Made by a program: the position numbers and the translations under genes. A stretch of DNA of 64,000 nucleotides, from contig OZ176056.1 of assembly GCA_964247055.1 (NCBI GenBank), positions 4,340,001-4,404,000 on the forward strand, in the 5' to 3' direction. This stretch comes from Paragordius varius (taxonomy: Eukaryota > Animalia > Nematomorpha). The notes below the pieces were generated by a model, which was not told where the DNA came from, searched no databases, and saw only the letters and a list, made by a program, of their open reading frames with translations. Numbering within the stretch: the first letter of the stretch is position 1; each line of letters starts with the position of its first letter. This document shows positions 12,064 to 32,655 of this stretch, piece after piece.

Positions 12064-14663
12064 CTATCCCCTTAACGCTTGTAATCTTTGTTTCATTTCA
12101 GCCATATCTTCTTCACTAACCTCGGGAGGGGCATTATTTACAATTTTAGACCCAGAGTTAGTAGTTAACGCAATTTTTTGACCCGAACTGGTTATTCCGG
12201 TTTTAGCGGCTTGCGGAACGTTAAGAGACGTATTAGGGATTGGTTCGGCCCGACCAAGTTGACCTAAAATAAATGTTGGAATAATTTATATGTAAATAAT
12301 ATTAGTATTGCTTCATTGGGATACATTAAATTAAGGTGGGTGAATAAATGTAATTTTAACTCAAAGTTATTATACAGTTTACCCCCCTGTGCAGTTCAAA
12401 ATAAACAGCGCAAAGTAATAATAGATGTCCTCATAAAGAGACAAAATCAATTAAGAAACTAAAATTTAATCACCGAAGATCCCAAAAAAGTAAACTTAAA
12501 ATTAAATATTTCCCAATAAAAATCGATTTTTTTCCATTCTTTTTTTTTCAAAAATCCACAGAATATAATCAATAAACATTGAGTTATTTCAAACAGGACA
12601 TATTACCCATACATACCATTCCAAGTTAAATTATTATTCAAAAACATAACACAATATTTATATAATTATTAGTTAAACAATTCCAAAAAATTCAAAAATG
12701 TCCACAAATATCATCCAAACCTTGAATAATTTGAATAAACTTATCCATTAATATTACCAAAAACGAGAAATAACATAAAGTTTACATTTATTCATATTAA
12801 AAACTACTTCCATTGTTTTACAAAAAAAATCAAACACTTGTACAGAGCCAATCTTAAAGTAATTTCAAACTTTTAATCATATAAAAAAAGTTACAAGTTT
12901 CCAATTTTTTCCCTCAAAATATCCATGGAAATAAAATTATCAAAAAACCCAAACAAACCTTGAGTAATTTCAAACAGGACTTTATCAACCTCAGCGGCAA
13001 TTTCATCGTCTTCAAGACCTAAATCTTGATCTAGGGATTCAAAAGTGTCCTCCATCATTTCTTCCACTATACCGCTTTTCATCATTTCACGACTCAGTTC
13101 ACGCATAGTTGACAACATTTCTGGCATCTAAATTTATTTTATTTTATTTTTATATAATTTAAAAAAAGAGGTATCGAGAAATTTCATATATACAAATTTT
13201 TACAAAAATTAAGCGAAAAAATAGTTTGTTGTAAAAAAAATTTTCTTAATACGGCTTCCCACGTTTTGTCGATGAAAGCAAAAAATGCACATATAAATAC
13301 TGGTTTTTACAGTTTCTTATCTTTGAAATTTTAATACAATATTGTAATGTCCATAAGCCATTTGGGCTGGACACCCCTGATATAGATTATGCACATTTAT
13401 GCTGACCAAATTACATTATAGTTAGGCAATCGGCATTACAGTATCGTGTGTGAGTAAAAAACAACAAATGGTGTTAAAATTAAAAATGTTTAATTTTTAA
13501 TCTTACACAATAACATATTTGTTTATTTAAATATGGGCCTTTGTTTTATATCATATGCTACTGTTTTACCAATTGGTCAACATAGAAGAGCATATTGTAA
13601 TATATTAATATATAGTAAAAATTCAAATTATACATACAGATAAAACGTAAAAACTAAGCATATATAATATAAAACACACACTTATTTTTCTAGAAATTAT
13701 ATAAATACATTTTGAAAATACACGTTGAGGGTGTTAGCAATTTACATATATGATCAATAATTACAAAAACTAAGGTTAAAAAAGCTGGTTACCTTTTTTA
13801 AAATAATATTTGTCTTTAGAGTATATTTTGTGTGCAAGATTTCTATTCTTCTTAGAGAATAAGAAAACTAAAAGATTTTTTGATAAAATACAAATTTATC
13901 GGATCAAAAAATTTGTAGGGTTTTAGGGTTAAAAAATTTTATTAATAAAAAACCCTCTAAATAGTAGTGTATAGATTTGTGCACTACATAAACTGTTATT
14001 GAGCCTATTATTCTAATGCTTTTAAATAAATAAGCATAAAATTATGATAAACAAAATTTTGGTAAAGAAAGTTTTTACGGATTTTTGTGTGCTAAATTAT
14101 ATACGGATAAAATTAAATCGAGTTATGAAAAATTAAATATTTAGTTATATGACAACTGGCAATCCTAACGATTACGTGCATAAATAATTGATATTTAAAA
14201 ATTACCTTATTTAAATTTCCTAGGCTTTTCATAATTTGGGTACTTTGATCTACGCTTGAAACTAATTTCCCTAATGAAACTTGATTTCTTACAGCCATTA
14301 TAATGCTATTAATTTCGGCTTTTGCACCGTGAAGTCGTGCGATAGTTTTTCGTGATCTTACAATTTCTTTCGCTAAAATTTGACAGGATTGTTTATTATC
14401 AGTGGTTGATCGTTTTGCCGTATCCTTTAGCAACGCAATAGTTTTATCCTGTTCCCTTTGTATTGCTAAATAAATATTTAGTTGTTTTGATAGAAAAACT
14501 CAATTATGCAAAATTAAAAAGTACATCTAATTTGTCGATCTAACAATCTTGATTCTGTCCGAAGTTTAGAGACCCACGATTCCATCTATGCGATCATATA
14601 ATAATAGAAAAGAACTTGAGTTTTTGGATCTTTAGATTTCTGTTTTCCAAATAAAGATGCCAT
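12064..14663 (-). CDS. CHMP3: ESCRT-III subunit CHMP3/VPS24
   Basis: Exons 14663-14616 (MASLFGKQKSKDPKTQ), 14585-14525 (WVSKLRTESRLLDRQIR), 14465-14206, 13127-12959 (MRELSREMMKSGIVEEMMEDTFE...EVDKVLFEIT), 12263-12064 (C-terminal MIM-like EMKQRLQALRG*). Confidence 0.92.
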
Positions 14664-14777
14664 ATGGAGCTTAAGATAATAATAATAGGACAAGGTATTT
14701 TATACACACATTCATCTCTGTGAAAATAAACCATATGTATTGTTAACATACGGACGGATTTATATATCTAAGGTTTT

Positions 14778-23216
<8,439 letters not shown>

Positions 23217-25875
23217 TAGATTTTAACACAAAAAAGTTTTTAAATTACCTGTAAATTAATAGTTGTCATCACTTTTATAAATATACTTAGAGAGGTATCT
23301 ATTGTTCTAACGGTGCATTTAATCCTAACAATATGTATTACTTAAGAATTACAATTTTTGGCCCACGTATAATCACGTCAGATTTTATATATTGAATTTT
23401 TATTTAATTACATATATATTTTCATAAATTTATTTTTTTACTTATTGCAATTTTTAGTTTAGTTTAAAATAACAGAAATAAAATCAATGAAATCAATCGC
23501 ATTTAAACTATATTATTATATCTCATGCATTCAAAATGAATTTTGTAGCGTTTCACCCTATAATCTCATTTTTATTAATTTTACTCTTTATTTATGAATA
23601 TGACTCTGTAATATTTATATAGGTGTATTTTCAATCAAAATATTATGTTGTTTTTTGGAATACTCAAACGATAACTAAATAATTTTTATTTAAACTGAGA
23701 AATAAAGGTATTAATTAAAATTCAACCGCATCATTTAGTTTTTTTTTGTTTTTATTTTTCAAGCAATTAATTGTATTTCAAATGTATGTATATCTTTTAT
23801 ATCATAATTTTATATGTAAAAATTAATATTAAAGGATTATGAAATAAATAAAATATGTAATATTATATAATCGATGCATTAAAATATTTATAACTTGGTT
23901 AAAATATTAATTTACACATAGATACTAGTTGAAATTAACCATCAATCCAAAGTGTCAATTAGGCTGTTTCTTTAAAAAGATGCGACGTATGAACCATTGG
24001 AAATCAGTTTTTAATTTAAACCTGGCTGCCTAATATATCCATATATTTAGGATTCGTTTTGTGAGATTTTATATTAGAATGGGTGTTATTTTTGCTTTAT
24101 AGTTAAATTCAATTTCATTAATTTAAAATAAATTTTTTTAGCTTAGAACTCATCTAGACTTTAAATTCCGAATTTAGTGTCTCAGAAAATAATATTTCAA
24201 AAAATGTTTTAAATGTTTGGATACTGTTCCCACCTTTTACAAGCCTTTTTATGGGTTTTCAGGGTATACTATCAATTCAATTCTTATATTACGGATAAAA
24301 ATCATTATAGTTGAAGTTTAATTGGTATAAGAACGTTAAAGATGTCGCTTTCATTCTATTATATAGGGTAATGTCCCCAATATTTTCAGACGGTAAAGAC
24401 ATTGTTTTTTTAATTTTAATTGACAATAACTTTAAGGAGAGCGCTTAGAGTGGTCTAGCCTTCTTTTACAACATTTATTTGGTGAAGATATCCAAGAAAT
24501 TTTTTGATATAATTTTATCGTTTAAAGATTTAATATTTGCTTAGAGCACAAAAATAGGATATTCTTGGGTGAAAAGTTACCTTAAAATGTCCGTAGTAAA
24601 AATAAATTAATTTTTAAAATATTTATACTGTAATGATAGTTAAATGAAAAAAATACTGAATATTTTATTTCATGATGAGTAAAAATATTACGTTGGAATT
24701 TTTTAAAATCATATTAATAAACTTACTTTGTTTAAATACTTGAAACAAGTAATTAAAAAGCTTTTAAGCTATATATGTCTTTAGGTATAATAATTGTTAA
24801 AAATGGAGTCAAACCTTTATGAAACATACTCATAAAATAATTTAAACATATCAAAACCCTAAAATTAAATTATTTGTGTCTGTCGAAAACTTCATGACCT
24901 TTTCACTTTTTTGTCCTAGTTGACATATTGGGCTAGTATTATATTGTACATGAACTACAGATTTAGATGTTATTTTAGTTAAAATATCATTTTCACTTTG
25001 ATATATAAAAAGCTTTTATTTTTAAATTGAAATATCCAAAACACGATTGAAACGAACGGCTGATTTGAAATTAAAAATATATCAAGTTTTGCTGGTAAAA
25101 TGTAGCCTGAAATTCGTATTTTTCCGTAATATACATTGTTTTGCCTTTTGCAAAGCGATTAAAAAATGAGGATATTTTTACAATATTACATTTTTAAATT
25201 TTTTTATATGTTCTAAAATATTAAAGAAAGCATATTTTAAAATTCGGCAGAATATTTTAAATACTTTTTGAGATATAATCGCTCTTATAAAACTACCCCA
25301 AAAAGTATTGGAATGTTAAGTAATTAATATTAAAATATGAAATATTCAATATGTTTATCTTTATTTTGTTGATATTATATATAATAATGATAATATAAAT
25401 AAATTTTAATTCTTAGCGACTGTGTATAAAACAATAATATTACCAATAATTTTTTAGTGAAAAACTATGCTAAAAATGCGTTTATTTAGCGCAGAAACAC
25501 ACGTATCTTAGGGCGAATTTGATATTATGAGAATGAATTCGAAATGTATAAGGGTCATTTGAAGTTGAGAGGCAAGTTGTGTAAGATTTAACCTATCAAT
25601 CTCGATTATAATATACTATTAGTTTCGTAATTATTCATATTACCTTAATATATAAAGGTTATGAACCACCCAAAAAATCAAAAAAGAACTTAAAATTAAC
25701 TACACCCCAATAAAATTGTTTTAAATAAATTATAAAACGAAATAATTTATTAATATATAAATTATGCTGTGTTATTAATTTACATTAATTACCCAAATGC
25801 GGTCAAATATATTTTTAAAGCATTATTTATAAAAATTAACTATTTTCTATCAAAATTAAACTATGTTGCGACATT

Positions 25876-26372
25876 TTATACGCATAAATGCTTTCGGGCT
25901 ATGGCCATGGCCTTTTTTTCAAATGTGGTAGATTTAATCGGAGTGTTTATGTCATAAAAAGGGTTGAGTAAAAACTAAAAATATTATTCCATTTTACTTT
26001 TACGTAAACTTCATACATTTCAGTAAAAAAGTTTTTTATACCATCATCGTTCTTAACATCGTGTAACATAACAAAACGAGTCTCTAAAAATAATATAAAC
26101 GATACTTCCAGCCGTTACAAAGGCGGAAATTAACCATTCGTTAAATTTATCAATCATTTTTAAATACATACTATTGGTGTGCAGCATGTGCTCCTCGATA
26201 ATATCTAATGAAGCATGAGCAATAAATTGATTAAGATGCCGTTGATCCTCCTAAACAAATTAAAAAGAATATTTACCTTATATTCAGCAGTTGTAGGATT
26301 TGATTTAAATTCTAACTCAAATAATGGGTTATCATAGTGGCCAACTATTACAAAATAATAATTTCCTGACAT
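25876..26372 (-). CDS. TRAPPC2: Trafficking protein particle complex subunit 2 (sedlin); four exons separated by 26, 22 and 23 nt introns
   Basis: Exons 26372-26277 ([22 protein letters not shown]), 26250-26106 ([12 protein letters not shown]...[15 protein letters not shown]), 26083-25998 ([27 protein letters not shown]), 25974-25876 ([20 protein letters not shown]). The protein aligns end to end with sedlin. It is not annotated in the ORF track. Confidence 0.95.
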
Positions 26373-27618
26373 CAAATCAAATTTTTTGGAGCATTTTTTT
26401 TACATTCACATTTTGGACTGTGATGAATATGTTCAAAATTAAATATTGCAAAAAATATGGGAGGAATTGAAAGCATGGCAAAAGTTTGCACCTAGATAAC
26501 AACCCAAATATTATTTTTTAGGTAAAACCTCAAGGTATATAATTAGTCAACATGACAAATGTGCATTAGCTAAATTTAAAAATAACATAAAATTAGCAAA
26601 TTGTGTGTTTCTATAAATGGTAGATGTGATTTAAATAATAAATAGCTTTAACTTAAATATATTCTGAGGTATTAAGGCACCCCAATTTGTATCGAAGTGA
26701 AACATATGCATTACGCAGCGCATAAAAATCAGGGGGTTTAAAAAATTATTCTGATAGATAATGTATCAGAATAATTAGGAAGCTTTTTGTTTTGACCTTA
26801 CGTTCCATTTACCTTATTCATATAATTTTAATTAAGGTAGAAGCACAAGTGTAAATTCAAGCAATTTGTTTAAGTAGTTTTTTAAAATATCAACTTAGAT
26901 ATTGTCTGATTGAGAGACAATTCAAATCGTGTGTTTAGCAAAATATCCATTTTTACGGAACTTTATGCATTAGCATGTTATAAAAATATTTATCACGTTT
27001 CGGCATTTTGCGCTTAGTTTAATAAGAGCTTTTTGTGGGAGCCTCCAAAAATAGACATTCAGAGTCCATTTAAAATTTTAAAAAATATTGTTTTGCTTTT
27101 TATATGTATTATTAGTGATTTTTGGAATGAAGCATTAAATTTTACCCAAAAAATTATTTGGTAAGATATGCGCAATTTGTCATTTTCTGATATGGAGCTG
27201 TTGCCACAAAATAACTTCCTTTCATCACTAATGCCCAGAACCAAAAGCTCATAAAGAATCGTGTTATAATATAAAAAATTCTATTTTATGGAATATTTTT
27301 TAGCGTTTTCACTAAATGTAACAGCTTTTTTAAAATTTACAAATTATCATATAGAAGTAAAGCTTTTAGCATATATCTCTCTCTTATTAATTTAGGCCCA
27401 TCCTTTTAATTTAAAAATCGATTATAAAACACAAATCTTAAATTTAAATATGATACAGCCAAATCTAACAAAATAACATTCAATCAATTTAGCCTAATGA
27501 TTCGTCGAGTGACATATAAAAAATTAATATTATTCTGATGATTATATATCATGATTTTCATGGTGCATTTGATATTAGCCATAAGAATAGATTGGGCAAC
27601 TTCAAGAAGCATTATGGA

Positions 27619-29922
27619 TAAGGTGACCAGACGTCCCGCTTTTGGCGGGGCAGTCCCGCTTTTTCACACTTTGCCCCGCGTCCCGCTGCGTTTTTGAAAT
27701 GTCCCGCTTTTTCACGATTATATAAAAAAAAATTTTTTAATACATTTAAATTTTTTATAAAAAATTTATTTTTTTATCCGTTTGAATTTATCATTAGTTA
27801 TCTTTAAAATCTATATCAATTTTAAATTAAAGTTTTTCATTTTTAAATTAAAAATATTTATTTTTTTCAAATTTATATTATATGATTATACACTTTGTTT
27901 CCTAATCCTACTGCCAACATTATCAAAAAGACAAATTAATATCGCAAATCGGTAGCTTATACGTTTACTCCAGAAAATTAAGGTAATATAATATTTTTTT
28001 ATATTAATATTAGCTTAAAATGTGAGTACAAAAAGAGGTTGTAAATTTAACGATGATTAAATGAAAGAATCTTTTATCAAAAAAACGAAGAATGAATCAT
28101 TTGTTAAATGCTTTATGGGAGGGGTTCACCCTACCACATGGCGGTAAGCATGATATGACAAAGCATATGGAAACTCAGAAACATAAAAATGTTTAGATAT
28201 GGTGGCATCATCTTACAAAATGAGCGATTTTTATCGTAAAACCGCTTTTGGAGAGGAAGAAAAGAATTTGGCACTAGCCCAAGGCGTTTTATATTTTCAT
28301 GCCGTTAATCACAATCATTCCTTTAGATCTATGGATTGTAACTCACATGTTATTCGTGCCCGTAAAGGCTGAAGCCATTGTATGCATTGACCTTTCGCCA
28401 CATGCATTTTCTGAATACAAGATTTGCTGAAAATTAATTTCATATCGCCATACTACGTTAATAAAATATTTTGGTCTAGAAACCGGAGTAGAATTAAAAT
28501 TTTATTTCTCTACCCGGTTCGAATTCCGACATAATTTTACTTCAATAATGAATATTCTAGGAAAAAATAATTCAAAAGACAAAATCATCGCATATTGCGG
28601 TGACAACACCAATACGAACTTCGGTGGAAAAGCAAGGAGGGGAACAAAAAATAATTTTCAGTAATTAGCAGATAATCTTAATCAAAACATTATTGACGTT
28701 GGGTATGTAGCGCATATAACACACAACGCTATTCAAACAGCTGCTGATTTGTTACCCCTAGATGTGGAAAATGTAGTTGTTAAGGTATATTCCTATTTTT
28801 ATATACACGGTACGCGTTGAAACGCTTAAGAAATTCTGTGCAAATGCAGAAGTTTATTATTAAAAAATGCTTGGATATTGTAAAACTCGTTGGTTTGCTC
28901 TTCTGCCAGCTATCGAAAGAATTTTAAAAAATGATCATTTAAAATCCTAATTTTTTATCACAGGACAAATGTCCTACAACTTTGGAAGTTTTGTGATAGT
29001 GATTCTTCAATATGGTTAGAGTTCCTACATAATCAAGCTTCTTTCTTTCAAAATGTTATTAAACTGATAGAAAGTGACAAAACTTCGGCCATCGAAGTAG
29101 CCAATGAAGTTAACCTAAAATTCCAATGTCAAGAAAGGTTATAAAATAATTTTATACCAGTAACCATCCGCAATATTATAAATAATTTAAAAAAACAAGG
29201 CTTAATAAAACGCCTATCCTGTACTATTAAAAATGTTTCATACAAACTGTAAAGATTATTGGAAGACTGGACGGTGCAATTTAATGAAATTGATCATTTT
29301 TATTGGATAACATAAAACCAGAATTTAATTGGTGCGATGATCAAAAATCATTTCTGCATCTCCCAAAAATTATCATAAAGTAACCTTTCAGAAAATATCT
29401 TTTTTCTAAAGTATCATTAGTTATAAAATATATTAATAATGAAAAACTTAAATTATGGACAACAGAAAAAAATACAGTAGAAAAGAAATGGTTAGAAATA
29501 TTTCATCATTTTGAAACAAACTATGTTCCATACAATATTTTAAAAATTGTAGAATTTGCATTATCTTTACGTGGAACCAACGCTGCTACTGAGCGCGTTT
29601 TTTCCACAGTAAAACAGATGTGGACATCGGAAAAATCAAATTTAAATGTTGAAACTTTACCATTTTATCTGTCAAATATAATTTGACCAATTCTTGTGAT
29701 TTTACTATAAAATGATGACAATCTGCTAAAACGCATTCACTCGAATAAAAAATATACCAATGAATTAAATATTTTTTTATATTTATCATGTATTTGTGTA
29801 AAAACTAAATAAATACTACAATAAATTTTTTGCATAAAAATTTTTTGGTTGTACACCACACCTCATAACCCCCCTTTCTCAGATTTTTCCCGCTTTTTCC
29901 TTCAAAAAATCTGGTCACCTTA
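27619..29922 (+). mobile_element. Decayed hAT DNA transposon, Blackjack-like (about 2.3 kb)
   Basis: TIRs TAAGGTGACCAGA ... TCTGGTCACCTTA with subterminal CCCGCT repeats. The transposase is disrupted: zinc-finger remnant HGGKHDMTKHMETQKHK at about 28.14-28.19 kb and hATC dimerisation motif GTNAATERVFSTVKQMWTSEKSNL at about 29.57-29.65 kb, with many stops and frameshifts. No matching 8-bp TSD was seen. Confidence 0.88.
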
Positions 29923-30266
29923 GCCATACGTATGAAAAAATGAAAGTTACCACTTTGGAGTAACTGCTGTATAGCATAAAATAGAATCTGGACATTGTTA
30001 AATAGAAATCATTGGTGACTAAATATGTTACCCAATAACATTTTATCCAACAGTCAAATATGTATTTTCAACAACAAAATATGTTATCAAATAACATTTT
30101 GGTGAAATAAAAGTAAATATTTTTTAACTAATAATTATATTTACCACACATATTTAAACAATCAAATAATTTCCCAACAATCAAAATGTTTTACCAAATA
30201 GCATTTGTGATATCAGTAATCAATTATTTTCAAACAATATCAAATAATTAACCATACATCTTTATA

Positions 30267-30690
30267 CAGTAGCGTATGCAGTAAAAGATTGTTAGTGCAA
30301 AATAATCTTAACACAAAACAGGGGGACAATTTTCATATATTAATTATCACAGTCCTATTTATAAACATATCCATAATATAACAGTTGTTAAAATCCGTAA
30401 TATAACGATAAAGGATAATTAAATAGTTGTGTCGTACTGATGAGTGCTAACAAGCACGAAACTAGTCTGCGATTACTATTGATGAAGGGTTTCACATATC
30501 GTTTATAATTTCTATTTATAATTTCATTTAATTCTATTTAATTATCCTTTATCGTTATATTACGGATTTTAACAACTGTTATTACAAAACATAACCAATC
30601 CGTTCATTACCATTACAATATCCATAATATCCCCATGTTTTGTGTTCATTATTATTTTGCACTAACAATCTTTTACTGCATATGCTACTG
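30267..30690. mobile_element. TA-flanked Tc1/mariner-type MITE carrying the nested hammerhead fragment
   Basis: TIR CAGTAGCGTATGCAGTAAAAGATTGTTAGTGCAAAATAAT / ATTATTTTGCACTAACAATCTTTTACTGCATATGCTACTG, with TA on both sides. Confidence 0.8.
30422..30480 (+). ncRNA. Minimal type-I hammerhead ribozyme (Penelope/retrozyme-like)
   Basis: CTGATGA (30437-43), stem II GTGC-TAACAA-GCAC, GAAA, a 2-bp helix III within the palindrome ACTAGT, and GTC cleavage triplet ending at 30467. Helix I is GTCGTA/TGCGAT, extended by AATAG/CTATT. Confidence 0.85.
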
Positions 30691-31175
30691 TAATATAGTT
30701 TAACAATAAAAAATCTTATTCAATTACATTCAATGTTTAATCAACCATATATATCAACAATAACATTTTCATATATTTAAATGAAAATAATATTGCAAAC
30801 AAACAAAATATGTTTCCGATTAACCTTTAATTACCAACAATAAATTATATATTTTCAACAATCAAATATTTTTTCCAAAATTAAAATGTTGTGATCCAAT
30901 AATTTTACGTTCCACAATTTAACCTAACCTAGTTTTTTCAATAATCAAAATTTATTATGACTAAGAATGTCTTTGCTCAATCATATAGTCTCAACAATCA
31001 AATAATTTTTCAATAATAAAGGTTTACCAATTAATATTTTACTATCACAACAATCAATCTATATCTTTCCACTTCAATGAATTACTCACACGAAGATTTA
31101 TCATTTATAATGTAATTTAAATCAGGTTCGTAAAAATATATACTATGAATACAAATTATTTACAGAGAATATAAC

Positions 31176-32360
31176 ACTGTGTGCAAAATAATGTGAATTT
31201 TTTTAACAAAATTTTATTTCCAGAGATAGCCCATAACCAGCAAATTTATTTCCTGTAAGAATTTAAGACCTAGTTTTTGAAATATTTAGAGAAAATAATC
31301 GGGCAAAAAATGAAAATTAGGGATAATCAAGGATAATTCAAAAAATAATAATAATATTTGAGATATTATGGTTTATTATTATTTTAGGTGATATTTTAAA
31401 TAATGAATAGTCTAAAATCATATAGTCAGGGTGTCTATGAAATCTCAGCTCAAAAGATGGCCACTTAATTTTTTATAAAACTATATTAAAATAATTTTTT
31501 ACTAGCTAAATTCACTTAAAATCTTAACATTCATATTTTATTCGGTAAAAAAACTTATATATCAAAATTAAACCAAAAAAATATTGTTTTTTATTTTTTA
31601 ATTTTTTGGCATCTAGTTTATAAATATATAAAATTTATACGTTTTATTTTGGATTCTTACATGAAGGGAGTTATAAAGTATATAATTTATGCAAAAGAGG
31701 ATTTAAATAGTGGAATTTTAACCAACAATCCTTACAAATCCCTTTAACAAGTCTGTTTAAGGACAAATTAATATTTTTATTGGGATTTGCACGGTTGTTG
31801 GTTGGTATTCCACTACTTTTAAGTGATACTTGCATAAATTATATGCTTTATGATTACCACTCATGTAAGAAATTCAAAATAGAACATTTTTATGCACTCA
31901 TAATCCAGATGACAAAAAATGAAAAAATAAACAATATTTTTTGGTTTTATATTGGTATATAAGTTTTTTTTACTGAATAAAATATAACTGTTAAGATTTT
32001 AATAATGAGTTTAGCTAGTAATTAATGAAAAAAATTATTTTAATATAGTTTTATAAAAAAATTTTTGTCTTTTAAGTGTGTTAAAAGAATAACGCCATCT
32101 TTTGGGCTGAGATTTTATAGAAACCCTAAAACTATATGATTTGAGGCTATTTGGATCTTGAAAATATCTTCTTAAATGATAATAAACTATAATGTTTCAA
32201 ATTATTATGCTTCTTTTTCACTTTTTGCCCGATTTCGACTTTCTCTCAATATTTTAAAAACTAGGTGGTAAACAAATAAAAAAATTTGCGGCAAATAAAT
32301 GCGCTGGTGATAAGCTATCTTAAGAAAAAAAAATTATTTCATTAAAATTTTTCACACAGT
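31176..32360. mobile_element. Large foldback element (about 1.2 kb, with inverted arms of about 350-375 bp)
   Basis: 31176 to about 31530 is the diverged reverse complement of about 31985-32360 (e.g. AAATCTCAGCTCAAAAGATGG / CCATCTTTTGGGCTGAGATTT). Ends are ACTGTGTG / CACACAGT. Confidence 0.7.
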
Positions 32361-32601
32361 AAACTAAAAATTTTTTTAAACAAATTTCGCTCTTTGAAAT
32401 CGAATTGAATCGCTTTTGATTTCAGAAAACGGACAATATGAATCGATTATTTTGTTAAGTGTTATAAAAATCCTTTCTTAACAATATATACAATTATACA
32501 ATGAATTTCTATCTTTTTACAATTGAAAAGTAAAAATGTGTGCATATAACACCATTATATAATAAAGTCATTTATGATCATGTACATCTTTGCAAGCTAT
32601 T

Positions 32602-32633
<32 letters not shown>

Positions 32634-32655
32634 ATATCGAAAATATTAGCTTTTA

